53,634 nt of DNA from IMG/VR virus record IMGVR_UViG_3300026187_000020, positions 1-53,634 of that record, one strand, 5' to 3'. Positions 36,387 through 45,390 of the stretch are shown one piece after another. Numbering within the stretch: the first letter of the stretch is position 1; every line of letters starts with the position of its first letter. Both the position numbers and the translations under genes were made by a program. Under the pieces are notes generated by a model. That model had not been told where the DNA came from. It did not search any database and saw only the letters and a program-made list of their open reading frames with translations. This stretch comes from a virus. Lineage: Duplodnaviria; Caudoviricetes.

Positions 36387-36952
36387 CAGATTTTCCCCCA
36401 ACCTAAGACAGCTTCATTATCTTCAAACACTGAATCATAAGAAGTATCAGTTGAAGAAAATTGATCCATACCATCACGACTAATTTTAATAAGTTTAACT
36501 TGATCAAGGTCTGACATAGGGGAGGTGCCTTCAAGAGTAGCAGTCTTTGTTTCCCAGTTAATATCAACAGCAGGACTATCAACATAACCTTTATAAACAG
36601 AGACAATATCCTCTGTGCCAACTAAAGGATCTCCATTAGAGTCCAGGAAGCCAGCGTAAACTGTAATATTTTTACCAACAACTCCAGCCTTGAATTCTTC
36701 TATAAAAGTTTCATCAAGATCTGTTAAAACCACTCTATACGCTTCTCTGTCAACAATTGAAGAACTTTTGGGGGAATCTACTTCAAACAAGCCACCATCA
36801 GAGGTCCATGTTTGTGAATCCCAAGTAATATCTCGGCTAAAAGAAGTTAAGTAGTAAGTAGAAGAAAATTCTAGCTTAATTAGAAAGAAATATTTAAGTC
36901 GATCTTCGTTGTCAATAACAGTTTGGACAGCAGTACTAAATGTTCTAGCCAT
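36386..36952 (-). CDS. minor tail / hub protein (DUF2163 or L-like)
   Basis: YYLTS...ITWDSQTW...YKGYVD pattern; upstream of the J-like gene. Confidence 0.7.
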   Translation of the reverse strand: MARTFSTAVQTVIDNEDRLKYFFLIKLEFSSTYYLTSFSRDITWDSQTWTSDGGLFEVDSPKSSSIVDREAYRVVLTDLDETFIEEFKAGVVGKNITVYAGFLDSNGDPLVGTEDIVSVYKGYVDSPAVDINWETKTATLEGTSPMSDLDQVKLIKISRDGMDQFSSTDTSYDSVFEDNEAVLGWGKI

Positions 36953-37542
36953 TAGATTGCCTCCACTAATGTAATAGACCCCACGTTAGAAAGAACACCA
37001 TCTGTAAACGTAATACCAGTAGCATTATCAATACTTCTAAAGTAAGTAAGTATCACGTCGCTACCTGTTTTACAGGTATGACTTGTAGTTAGTGATTGTC
37101 TTAAGGCCGGGTAAATATTAACAACACCATTGCTAAGTCTATCTGCTGTTGTAATATAAATCTTGTCATGATTAGAGAATTTAATAAAAGAGCCTTTTGG
37201 TAACAAATTTCCGTTATTATTGCCTATAGGAACTGAAGTCGCACCTGAAGAAGTAATAGCAGTTATTGTCATGTCCCCCGAAGTTGTACGGGCTTTGTCA
37301 ACACTAGGTAACTGCGGCATAATCATGGTTTCACTAGAATCCAGCCCGGTAATAGCCCCTAACAAAGTATCAACTTCAGTATCAGGAGTATCTACCGTAA
37401 CAAAGTTTAGCTCCCATCGCTGATGGTCTTGAGATGCTCGTTGGGTCTTCAAAGACACAGTTGTCATATCAAAGAAAGGTTCATTTGATAAAATCGTAAA
37501 AGGAGTTACAATTAATGAACCTTTGTAGTAGTAATTAGCCAT
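36952..37542 (-). CDS. distal tail protein-like
   Basis: QRWEL, KGSFIKFSNHDKIY, IYPALR and terminal LVEAI; synteny. Confidence 0.65.
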   Translation of the reverse strand: MANYYYKGSLIVTPFTILSNEPFFDMTTVSLKTQRASQDHQRWELNFVTVDTPDTEVDTLLGAITGLDSSETMIMPQLPSVDKARTTSGDMTITAITSSGATSVPIGNNNGNLLPKGSFIKFSNHDKIYITTADRLSNGVVNIYPALRQSLTTSHTCKTGSDVILTYFRSIDNATGITFTDGVLSNVGSITLVEAI

Positions 37543-37544
37543 AG

Positions 37545-37988
37545 TTAACTCCTAATTGGTCTAGCTATGAAGGTCATTCGTGTTTCTACAGGCATAACCT
37601 GAAGTTTATTACAAATTCCCTCATTTGTTTCTTTTGGTGAGACCCAAAATTCACCGTCACAAATAAAGACGCCACTTAAAAATGCTACATCGCCTAGTTC
37701 TGGTCTCTTAGAACTAACGAGCCGATAATTACAATACTCTGCAAAGTCATAAATAGAGTATCCTTCTCTAGCTAGCTTTACAACAAATTCTCTAGGAGAG
37801 TTCCAAAGAAACTTAATAAGGTCTCTAGCCTTAGATGCTTCACCACGAAGTTGGTAATCATATTCAGCAAATAAAGCGAAACAATCGTTGGTTCCTCTTG
37901 TGTAATTCTCGCAGTCTTTAGTTATCAAATTTATTCGATTAACCGCCCGCTGCAGGGCTTCTGACATTTCTTCGACTGTGTAATACAT
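37545..37988 (-). CDS. NlpC/P60-like tail-associated protein (lambda K-like)
   Basis: YTRGTNDCFALF and PELGDVA motifs. Confidence 0.65.
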   Translation of the reverse strand: MYYTVEEMSEALQRAVNRINLITKDCENYTRGTNDCFALFAEYDYQLRGEASKARDLIKFLWNSPREFVVKLAREGYSIYDFAEYCNYRLVSSKRPELGDVAFLSGVFICDGEFWVSPKETNEGICNKLQVMPVETRMTFIARPIRS

Positions 37989-38020
37989 ACTTCCTCCAGA
38001 GTGCTACAGAGTGCCTCAGA

Positions 38021-38076
38021 GAGACACAGTAGAAGCCCCTGGATAGGTACCCCCATCCAGAGACTCTTTGTGTATC
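38021..38076 (-). other. long intergenic RNA hairpin (possible RNase III site)
   Basis: AGTCTCTGGATGGG-GGTA-CCTATCCAGGGGCT 14-bp stem, extended by ACACA/TGTGT. Confidence 0.55.
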
Positions 38077-38767
38077 ACAGACGCTCTTCTATGAACATTT
38101 TTACGAGGTCTGCTACAATATCTGAGCGAACAATATCATTCACTCCAAACTCAATAACAGGTAAGTCAATACCTGCCTTTTTAACTTTCCAACAGAATTC
38201 TACTAAGTCTTTACCATTACGTACATCTGACTGAGCAGGGTCGCCCATTAAGATTAACTTAGTATTTTCTCCAATACGAGTAGTAATTGCTTTTAACTCA
38301 TCTATACAAAGGTTTTGAGCTTCATCTACGAGGACGAGAGCGTTATCATAGGAACGCCCACGAATAGTCTCGATAGGTTGGATCTCAATTTGACCTTTGT
38401 TTAACAAATATTCAAACTTACTCTTTCCAAATGCTTTACTTAGAACTTCTAACATTGGCATTAGCCAAGGTGTCATCTTTTCTTGTATTGTCCCCGGAAA
38501 GTGTCCGAGGGTCTTCCCCGTAGGAACATTGGCTCTAGTTAATACAATCTTATCGTATTTACCCTTTTGAAATAGTTGAGCAACTGTTCCTGCGCTACAG
38601 TAAGTCTTACCTGTTCCTGCACAACCTAGTGTGACAGTAATGGGGTAAAGCTTAATAGATCGAATTAGTTCATCCTGTTTTTCATTTTTAGGAATGACTG
38701 TAAATCTATAAAGCTGATATACATCCTTATTATTCTTTTCTGCATAGCGGGATTTGCGTTTGGACAT
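38075..38767 (-). CDS. phoH: PhoH-like ATPase
   Basis: PKNEKQ, GCAGTGKT, LGHFPG...EK..PW, IRGRSY, LVDEAQN, GDPAQSD, DIVRS. Confidence 0.96.
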   Translation of the reverse strand: MSKRKSRYAEKNNKDVYQLYRFTVIPKNEKQDELIRSIKLYPITVTLGCAGTGKTYCSAGTVAQLFQKGKYDKIVLTRANVPTGKTLGHFPGTIQEKMTPWLMPMLEVLSKAFGKSKFEYLLNKGQIEIQPIETIRGRSYDNALVLVDEAQNLCIDELKAITTRIGENTKLILMGDPAQSDVRNGKDLVEFCWKVKKAGIDLPVIEFGVNDIVRSDIVADLVKMFIEERL

Positions 38768-38824
38768 TAAGTCTCCTGTTGTTGCTTAATTAAAGGTTCC
38801 TCTTTTAAGGATGCCTTATTGTTT

Positions 38825-39112
38825 TTAAGGTTTTTCCGGCCAAGTCACGTCATGTGGGAATCCAGCCTGATCGGTAATGTCACGAAGAGCCTGACGGTAG
38901 TCAATCTGGGACTGCGTCATGGTGTTGTCAGACAAAGCCCACCAGTCGGTTTCCGACAATAACTCATTCCGATTTTTCCTAATTTCTGTAGCTGACTCTA
39001 CTTTCTGATAAGAAAAACCTCCACTTGAGAAATTCTCCACCATAAAAGCCTCTTCGGCCACAATAAGATTTATAATTTCACCGTTTTGAAATACTTTGTA
39101 TTTATTAGACAT
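38825..39112 (-). CDS. tail fibre assembly chaperone
   Basis: RNELLSETDWW...YRQALRDITDQAGFPHDVTWPEKP. Confidence 0.9.
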   Translation of the reverse strand: MSNKYKVFQNGEIINLIVAEEAFMVENFSSGGFSYQKVESATEIRKNRNELLSETDWWALSDNTMTQSQIDYRQALRDITDQAGFPHDVTWPEKP

Positions 39113-42100
39113 TAGTATACTCCATCTGGTGCTGCAAAGACATAAATGTAAACACGACCTGCGCCACCGTCACCCCCATTAGCCGAGCGGCCACCTGTAT
39201 CACTGTCGGAGCTTCTAGCGATAGCACCGCCACCCCCACCACCGGGGGCTAAACCATTACCCGCTGTCGAGGAATAACCAGTTGCGTTAGGAGAGTTCAC
39301 CCAAGCCCCACGACCACCTAATGTTTGCTCCAGAGCACCCGCCCTACCGTTAGGATGTGGACCTGCAGTTGGGTCTGTGAAAGTCATGTTTTCTATAGTG
39401 TCACCGTTAATCGTGTTGGTGCGAGTGGTTGCGTCAGCACTCAAAGCACTTCCCCTGGGTGTTGCACCGTGACCGACGTTCCAACCAGAAGCCGAGGAAG
39501 CTAGTGAAATAGTTCTGGCAGCTTGACCTGCTGTGTTAGTATCACCACCAGAAGCAGTCCCGCCTGTACCACCTGTAGAGGTTGCAACAGAATTTGACGT
39601 AGCACGAACACCATTACCAGCGCCTCCACCACCTGCGGTAAGGCTAACACCAGTACCTGTCACAGTTGTTGAGCCACCTGCCGTAGCTGCTTGAGATTCA
39701 GACGCATCTGATACGCTACGACCGAGACCCCCAGCACCTACAGTAATGGTTAAGTCAAGGTCGGAGGTCGGTTCTAGCAATTTAGCCACCCAACCACCGG
39801 AACCACCACCTGATGCAGTAGTTGCGCTGGAACTATCATCGTCGATAGCTCCCGCACCGCCACCACCGCCACCGCCAACAGCAATAACTAGGGCTTTTGT
39901 ATTTGCGGGGATGGTTACTGTTTGAGAAGACGATATGGATAGAGAATAATGTAATACCGTGTCTGCACCACCAGCGTCAGCCCAGCTGAACGAGCCATCA
40001 CCGTCAGAAGTCAGAGCCTGACCTGCAGTGCCGTTACCAGTAACGTTAAGTTCGGTTGCGCCAATAGAGTTTGAAGCAACGCTTGTCAGAAAAGCAGAAG
40101 CGTGTTGTCCGTCCAGTGTGTCGGCATCTAGGCCAGAGCCAGTACCGTCCACAGTTTTAATAGATGTCAACAACTCGCTTGCGGTCGGATTGACTTCAGC
40201 ACCAGCTTCAATGCCGTCCAACTTTGTGCCATCTGTGGCTACATTACGGCCATCAACATTACCAGAGACAACGATGTTGCCAGTGATGTCTACACCTGTG
40301 GTGGTGGTGGCGAGTTTGGTGGAGTTGTTGTAGTAAAGATTTACAGCACCATTTTGGTCAGCTGTAATCATGTTCTCATTGTCAGCAGAGTTCTTTATAC
40401 GGAGATTACCAGCAAGTAACTTGAGGTTCCCTGTACCTGTATCCGCAATATAACTATTCGACCCATCATGGTAAATCCCAAGGTCGTTTGCCGCACCAAA
40501 AGTGGCCTTGACGTTATCGCTGAACTTTAAGTCTCCAGAGGTCTTCGTGTCAGCGGTATCGCTGCGAAGGAACTGGGTACTGTTGATACCATCCAGAGTG
40601 TCAGCGTCTCCACCAGCAGCAACCCAACTAAATGAGCCATCACCATCAGACGATAGTAACTGCCCTGCAGTACCGTTACCAACTACGTTTAGCTCAGAAG
40701 CGCCTACAGCATTAGCTGCAATCTCGGAAGAGCCTACAGAGTCAGCGGCGAGGGATACAGCGATTGAAGTTGTACCAGTGCCTGTAACATCACCACTAAG
40801 AGTGATAGTTTGGTTGCCTGTTAGGTAGGAACCAGCAGGTTGGATACCCGCTTCCGCTAAGGTGTTGTTAATCCACGCACTACCGTTCCACTTTAGGATT
40901 TCACCTGCAGAGTTAGACGTGATAGTAGTATCAGACAGGCTGTCCAGAGTACCACCACCACCAGCAGCATCTGCGGCATCCCAGCGCGAATTAGCGTTAT
41001 CCCACGCCAACACTTGGCCGTCTGTGGGGGCCATTGTGTTTACATCAGAGAGAGCCTCAATACTGATAGAGCCGAGGGCTGTAGTGACATTAGTTGCGTC
41101 TGTTACGTCTGCACCAGCTTCAATACCATCAAGCTTTGTGCCATCTGTAGCTACGTCTCGACCGTCTACTGTACCAGATACAGTAATGCTGCCATCTACA
41201 TCAAGGGCTGTTGCAGGGCTGCTTGCCCCAATACCTACGTTACTGGTACTAGCATCCACAAACAGCGCGTGAGTGTTAGTCGCGCTCTCGACGCGGAAGT
41301 CGTAGTCGCCACCACCATCATTAATAGTAACAGGCGCAGCTTCAATATTTATCGAGCCTGTGTTCGTTGAAATTCGACCAGAAGCCGTCCCATCTCCGTC
41401 AAAAAACTCAATCTTATAGTTTTCTCCAAAATTGTTATCTGTACCGCCTTGGATTTTTATGCCTTTGGCGTTTGTCGAATCTCCATCGTTGATGAAACTA
41501 GCGATATTCCCCGTGACAGTACCATCCACAGTCAGACCATCGCTGGTCAAAGTCCCAGTGATGTCTACACCTGTGGTGGTGGTGGCGAGTTTAGTGGCTC
41601 CACTAAGTTTTAGCTCAACAGAACCAGTAGAGGAATTAGTGCTAAGATATTCTAATACGCCAGAACTAGATTGAAGTTTAATACCAGTAGAACCACGAAG
41701 AATTAAGTCGCCATCTCCAGCGTCCCAAATATAACTATTCGACCCATCATGATAAATCTGCAAATCAGACGCACCACCAAAAGTGGCCTTGACGTTATCG
41801 CTAAATGCTAAGTCTCCGGAAGTCTTAGTATCAGCAGCATCGCTACGAATGAACGAAGAGCTATCGATACCATCTAGAGTAGCAGCGTCAATACCAAGAG
41901 CATCAATGTCAGCCTTAGTCTGGTCAGCCGTAGCGCCAGCTTCAATGCCAGCAAGTTTATCACCATCAGCAAGCTCAATAACAGTCCCACCAGTGGTCTT
42001 TGTATATAATTTCTTATCGGCGAGATTAACTGCAATCTCTCCCGGCTCCAACGAACCAGCAGCAGGAACGCTACTTGCGGTTGAAGACTTCTTATGAATA

Positions 42101-42114
42101 ATCTTAGTTGCCAT
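39112..42114 (-). CDS. tail fibre protein with internal duplication and Gly-rich tip
   Basis: DADTLDG repeats, duplicated module, C-terminal AVGGGGGGGAG domain, followed by a chaperone gene. Confidence 0.88.
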   Translation of the reverse strand: MATKIIHKKSSTASSVPAAGSLEPGEIAVNLADKKLYTKTTGGTVIELADGDKLAGIEAGATADQTKADIDALGIDAATLDGIDSSSFIRSDAADTKTSGDLAFSDNVKATFGGASDLQIYHDGSNSYIWDAGDGDLILRGSTGIKLQSSSGVLEYLSTNSSTGSVELKLSGATKLATTTTGVDITGTLTSDGLTVDGTVTGNIASFINDGDSTNAKGIKIQGGTDNNFGENYKIEFFDGDGTASGRISTNTGSINIEAAPVTINDGGGDYDFRVESATNTHALFVDASTSNVGIGASSPATALDVDGSITVSGTVDGRDVATDGTKLDGIEAGADVTDATNVTTALGSISIEALSDVNTMAPTDGQVLAWDNANSRWDAADAAGGGGTLDSLSDTTITSNSAGEILKWNGSAWINNTLAEAGIQPAGSYLTGNQTITLSGDVTGTGTTSIAVSLAADSVGSSEIAANAVGASELNVVGNGTAGQLLSSDGDGSFSWVAAGGDADTLDGINSTQFLRSDTADTKTSGDLKFSDNVKATFGAANDLGIYHDGSNSYIADTGTGNLKLLAGNLRIKNSADNENMITADQNGAVNLYYNNSTKLATTTTGVDITGNIVVSGNVDGRNVATDGTKLDGIEAGAEVNPTASELLTSIKTVDGTGSGLDADTLDGQHASAFLTSVASNSIGATELNVTGNGTAGQALTSDGDGSFSWADAGGADTVLHYSLSISSSQTVTIPANTKALVIAVGGGGGGGAGAIDDDSSSATTASGGGSGGWVAKLLEPTSDLDLTITVGAGGLGRSVSDASESQAATAGGSTTVTGTGVSLTAGGGGAGNGVRATSNSVATSTGGTGGTASGGDTNTAGQAARTISLASSASGWNVGHGATPRGSALSADATTRTNTINGDTIENMTFTDPTAGPHPNGRAGALEQTLGGRGAWVNSPNATGYSSTAGNGLAPGGGGGGAIARSSDSDTGGRSANGGDGGAGRVYIYVFAAPDGVY

Positions 42115-42166
42115 TGGGCGATTCTCCTATGTGTGAGGAAGGAGGAACCTATGGAGGCTCCCCCTC

Positions 42167-42186
42167 TTCTTTAACGTCAGGTATTA
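42167..42186 (-). promoter_or_regulatory. phage RNAP promoter, class L (TAATACCTGACGTTAAA|GAA)
   Basis: Identical to the 5743-5762 copy; predicted +1 at 42169, followed by a 5' hairpin. Confidence 0.85.
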
Positions 42187-43818
42187 ATACGAGCCACCAT
42201 CAATGATGACATCACCGAGAGTTTCTCCGCCCAATGACCATTGACCTGCTGATTCATCCCAGAGGAATGAAACATTAGCCGAAGTACCTCGTTCAATTTC
42301 GATACCACCATCCTGCGATGGTGCTCCAGTTTCATCTGAGTTAAGAACAATAATGGAGTCGCCAATAGCCACTTCATTAGAGTTTACTGTAGTAGTTGTA
42401 CCATTAACCGTTAAGTTGCCAGTAATAATTGTATTACCGCCAACGTTAAGGTTTCCTCCAACACCAACACCACCAGTTACCTTTAAAGCACCTGTAGTGG
42501 TTGAAGATGAGGCGGTATTGTTAGTAATGCTAACAGCAGTACTAGTAGTTGCACCCCGACCAGTAACACTCGCAAGAGTGTCGCTTTCCGAAGTTAAATA
42601 AGAACCTGATGGTTGAATGCCTGCTTCTGCTAAGGTATTATTGACCCAAGCTGTGCCATTCCACTTTAAAATCTCTCCAGATGCTACGCTTGTTACTGTA
42701 ACGTTAGAAAGATCTTGAATATTCTCACCAGTAATTCCCGTCAGATAGCTTCCAAGATCACTAATCTGTGATTCTGTAATACTAAGTGCTGCTTGGTGTT
42801 GTGTTACATTGCTCTGTGCAATCCGGCCATCTGCGAAAGTGCCACTAGTAATAGCACTAGCTGCATGAGTATGAGACGCAGCAGCTACTCCAGCTTCAGC
42901 AAGAGTATTGTTAACCCAAGCTGTACCGTTCCACTTTAGGAGTTCTCCAGAACCAATAGTAGTAATTGTAACATCAGCAAGAGCAGAAAGGTTATCTCCG
43001 GATACATCCGTAATATAACTTCCGAGATCACTAATTTGTGATTCAGTGATACTTAAAGCTGCTTCGTGTTGAGTAACATTAGATTGAGCAATTCTTGCAT
43101 CGGCAAAAGTACCGCTAGTGATAGCACTAGCTGCGTGATTGTGTGATGCCGCAGCAATACCTGCCTCTGACAGAGTATTGTTAATCCAAGAAGTGCCGCT
43201 CCACTTAAGAATTTCACCTGAAGCAATATTGGTAATAGTTACATCAGAAAGATCCCCCAAAGGTTCAGAAGTAACATCTCCAATGTAAGCCCCAAAATCA
43301 CTAATCTGTGACTCGGTAATACTTAGAGCAGCCTGATGCTGAGTAACGTTGCTTTCAGCAACTCTTGCATCATTAAAAGTTCCAGAAGTAATATCTGAAG
43401 CGGCGTGAGTATGTGTGGCTGCTGCATAGGAGCCTGCAGGTTGAATTCCTGCTTCTGCTAAAGTATTGTTAACCCAAGCAGAACCATTCCACTTAAGAAT
43501 TTCACCACTACTATTAGAGGTAATCGTTACGTTTTCTAGAGAATCTAGAGTTGAATAGCCCGAAGCATTAAAGGCTGTTCCATTATAGGCTTTTAGAATA
43601 TCATTTGCAGTGTCATACCACAAATCACCTTCTGACGCATTAGAGGGAGCGGTTGCACCTACATAAGCGCCGTCTAGTCTAACAATAGCATTACTATTGT
43701 CTTTTGTATAAATTTTACGGTCAGCAAGGTTTACAGCGAATTCGCCCTGTTCCAAGTCTGCCGCAAGAGGAGCGCCACCTGACGTAGAACTCTTCTTAAT
43801 GAGAATTTTGGTTGCCAT
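42184..43818 (-). CDS. repeat-rich fibre protein
   Basis: About 3.5 tandem ~90-aa repeats (GEILKWNG..W.NNTL.EAG; HxH; SNVTQH.AALSITESQISD); N-terminus paralogous to 39112..42114. Confidence 0.85.
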   Translation of the reverse strand: MATKILIKKSSTSGGAPLAADLEQGEFAVNLADRKIYTKDNSNAIVRLDGAYVGATAPSNASEGDLWYDTANDILKAYNGTAFNASGYSTLDSLENVTITSNSSGEILKWNGSAWVNNTLAEAGIQPAGSYAAATHTHAASDITSGTFNDARVAESNVTQHQAALSITESQISDFGAYIGDVTSEPLGDLSDVTITNIASGEILKWSGTSWINNTLSEAGIAAASHNHAASAITSGTFADARIAQSNVTQHEAALSITESQISDLGSYITDVSGDNLSALADVTITTIGSGELLKWNGTAWVNNTLAEAGVAAASHTHAASAITSGTFADGRIAQSNVTQHQAALSITESQISDLGSYLTGITGENIQDLSNVTVTSVASGEILKWNGTAWVNNTLAEAGIQPSGSYLTSESDTLASVTGRGATTSTAVSITNNTASSSTTTGALKVTGGVGVGGNLNVGGNTIITGNLTVNGTTTTVNSNEVAIGDSIIVLNSDETGAPSQDGGIEIERGTSANVSFLWDESAGQWSLGGETLGDVIIDGGSY

Positions 43819-44369
43819 TAGAAGCTACCTCCCTGAATTATAGTGTTTTCGTTTTGTATAGTAGCTGTCGCTTCATATTTAAAAGAAGTACCATTATATA
43901 CAAGTAAAGAACCATCTGTTCTAGAAGTGTTATCAACATCTCCTAAACTACTTGTTGTTGCAAAAGTATGTTCTCTATTTTCCCAAGAACTACTTGCAGA
44001 ATTATAAACGAGTACTTGATCATTTTGAAGTCCAGTAATATTTACATTACTAAGACTATTAATATCAGTTAAAGAGGATACATTTCCCGCATTAATTTCG
44101 TTTTCAATTCCTGCTCCATTTGTAACAACAATTATTAGTTCACTGGATGCGTTAATATACGCACTCGTAACAGAATCGCCTTTAGAGCCTTGAGATCCGG
44201 TTCTACTAAGACTAACCTTTAACTCATTTTTATCCATAGATAAATTGTAGTCAATAGTCTTAACAGAAACGTCATACTCAACAGGTACTACATTTAATAC
44301 TTGACTTCCTCTTTCGAGGTTTATACTATACTTTGTTGGATTTAGAGTTAATTCGTATTTAGTAGACAT
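43818..44369 (-). CDS. fibre-associated structural protein
   Basis: LSNVNIT..QNDQVLVYN...W repeats; ends IQGGSF, like the neighbour's IDGGSY. Confidence 0.7.
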   Translation of the reverse strand: MSTKYELTLNPTKYSINLERGSQVLNVVPVEYDVSVKTIDYNLSMDKNELKVSLSRTGSQGSKGDSVTSAYINASSELIIVVTNGAGIENEINAGNVSSLTDINSLSNVNITGLQNDQVLVYNSASSSWENREHTFATTSSLGDVDNTSRTDGSLLVYNGTSFKYEATATIQNENTIIQGGSF

Positions 44370-44843
44370 TTACGCCTCCGAAGGGCTATAAAGTACCTCT
44401 ATTAATCCACGCAATGGTTTCCACACCTGTTTTGCAGTGCCAATACCACCATCATCAATCTCTAGTCCAATAAAACCATAAACAGGGCTATCTGGTGTGG
44501 GGGCTTGTGACCAAGAATCAATAAGTGTTTCAGGAATCACTATTTTAAAAATATTATCTGTGTTATCAGCATCAATAATATCTAAATTAGTTACCTGCCC
44601 GCCAGACTTAGCTGTTTTAGGAACTGTGCCGTTCCCATCATTATCGCCTTCTACTACTTTAGCGGTAATAGTGGCGCTAGATAAATTAGTCATCCAACTA
44701 ACTGTAATCTCAATTTGTATTTGTTCACCGTCTACAAGAGAAATTAAAGCAGTGCCATCATCAGCGATTGTATCTTTGGATGGCGAAGTAATACGACTTC
44801 TACCCATAGGCTGAGTAGTCGTAGGGTTTGTTATTCGAGCCAT
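44370..44843 (-). CDS. putative structural/adaptor protein
   Basis: Beta-rich 157-aa protein in the fibre block. Confidence 0.6.
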   Translation of the reverse strand: MARITNPTTTQPMGRSRITSPSKDTIADDGTALISLVDGEQIQIEITVSWMTNLSSATITAKVVEGDNDGNGTVPKTAKSGGQVTNLDIIDADNTDNIFKIVIPETLIDSWSQAPTPDSPVYGFIGLEIDDGGIGTAKQVWKPLRGLIEVLYSPSEA

Positions 44844-44875
44844 TGTTGTTCCCTTTCTCGATCCTCAGATGGAGA

Positions 44876-45388
44876 TTATGCGGACAAGGCAATTGCTTGC
44901 TTGACTGCTTTTAGTATTTTGTCGAGTTGTGCGTCCTGCTCTGGCGTCAACGCCCCTGTAGAAGTCTCTACTGTTTGAGCAAGGTTTGATACCGTGGCGA
45001 TTACACCGCCGCCGGGGTTAATTATAAAGGGTTTTAGAGAGGGGTTATCATGATACAAGATACCATTAACTTCTACTAAATCGTTGACTACGATTTGCCA
45101 GTCATTAATTAAGAAGTAAACGTCAGCCGTAAATTGTCCATCACCTGCGGGGTCGCCGCCTGTAGTGCGGATAGCAGGGAGAAATTTTGCATTATCTCTC
45201 ACCTGCATCCATTCTTTCCAACCGGAGTAAATATCTCTCTTTACAGAGATTTCACTCTCGCCTTCATTTATAATGATTCTTTTATTAGCACCATCAAAAG
45301 TAACTTTTTGATTGCCATAAAAATCATTTGAAGGATCATAATCTGCCCAAAACTCCCAATAACCATAGTTAAAGGCTAGAGTGCTCAT
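44876..45388 (-). CDS. putative virion structural protein
   Basis: DIYSGWKEW...RTTGGD...YFLINDW; shares its N-terminal pattern with 47427..49040. Confidence 0.7.
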   Translation of the reverse strand: MSTLAFNYGYWEFWADYDPSNDFYGNQKVTFDGANKRIIINEGESEISVKRDIYSGWKEWMQVRDNAKFLPAIRTTGGDPAGDGQFTADVYFLINDWQIVVNDLVEVNGILYHDNPSLKPFIINPGGGVIATVSNLAQTVETSTGALTPEQDAQLDKILKAVKQAIALSA

Positions 45389-45390
45389 AA

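Noticed and set aside
38001-38234. 77-aa plus-strand ORF overlapping phoH
   Set aside because: Antisense to phoH and the intergenic hairpin; no supporting signals.
40281-41592. Duplicated DNA in the fibre gene as a DGR template/variable repeat
   Set aside because: Both copies are coding and internal, differences do not look adenine-specific, and no reverse transcriptase is present.
40028-42601. Plus-strand ORFs opposite the fibre genes
   Set aside because: Stop-poor antisense frames of Gly/Ala/Thr/Ser-rich coding sequence.
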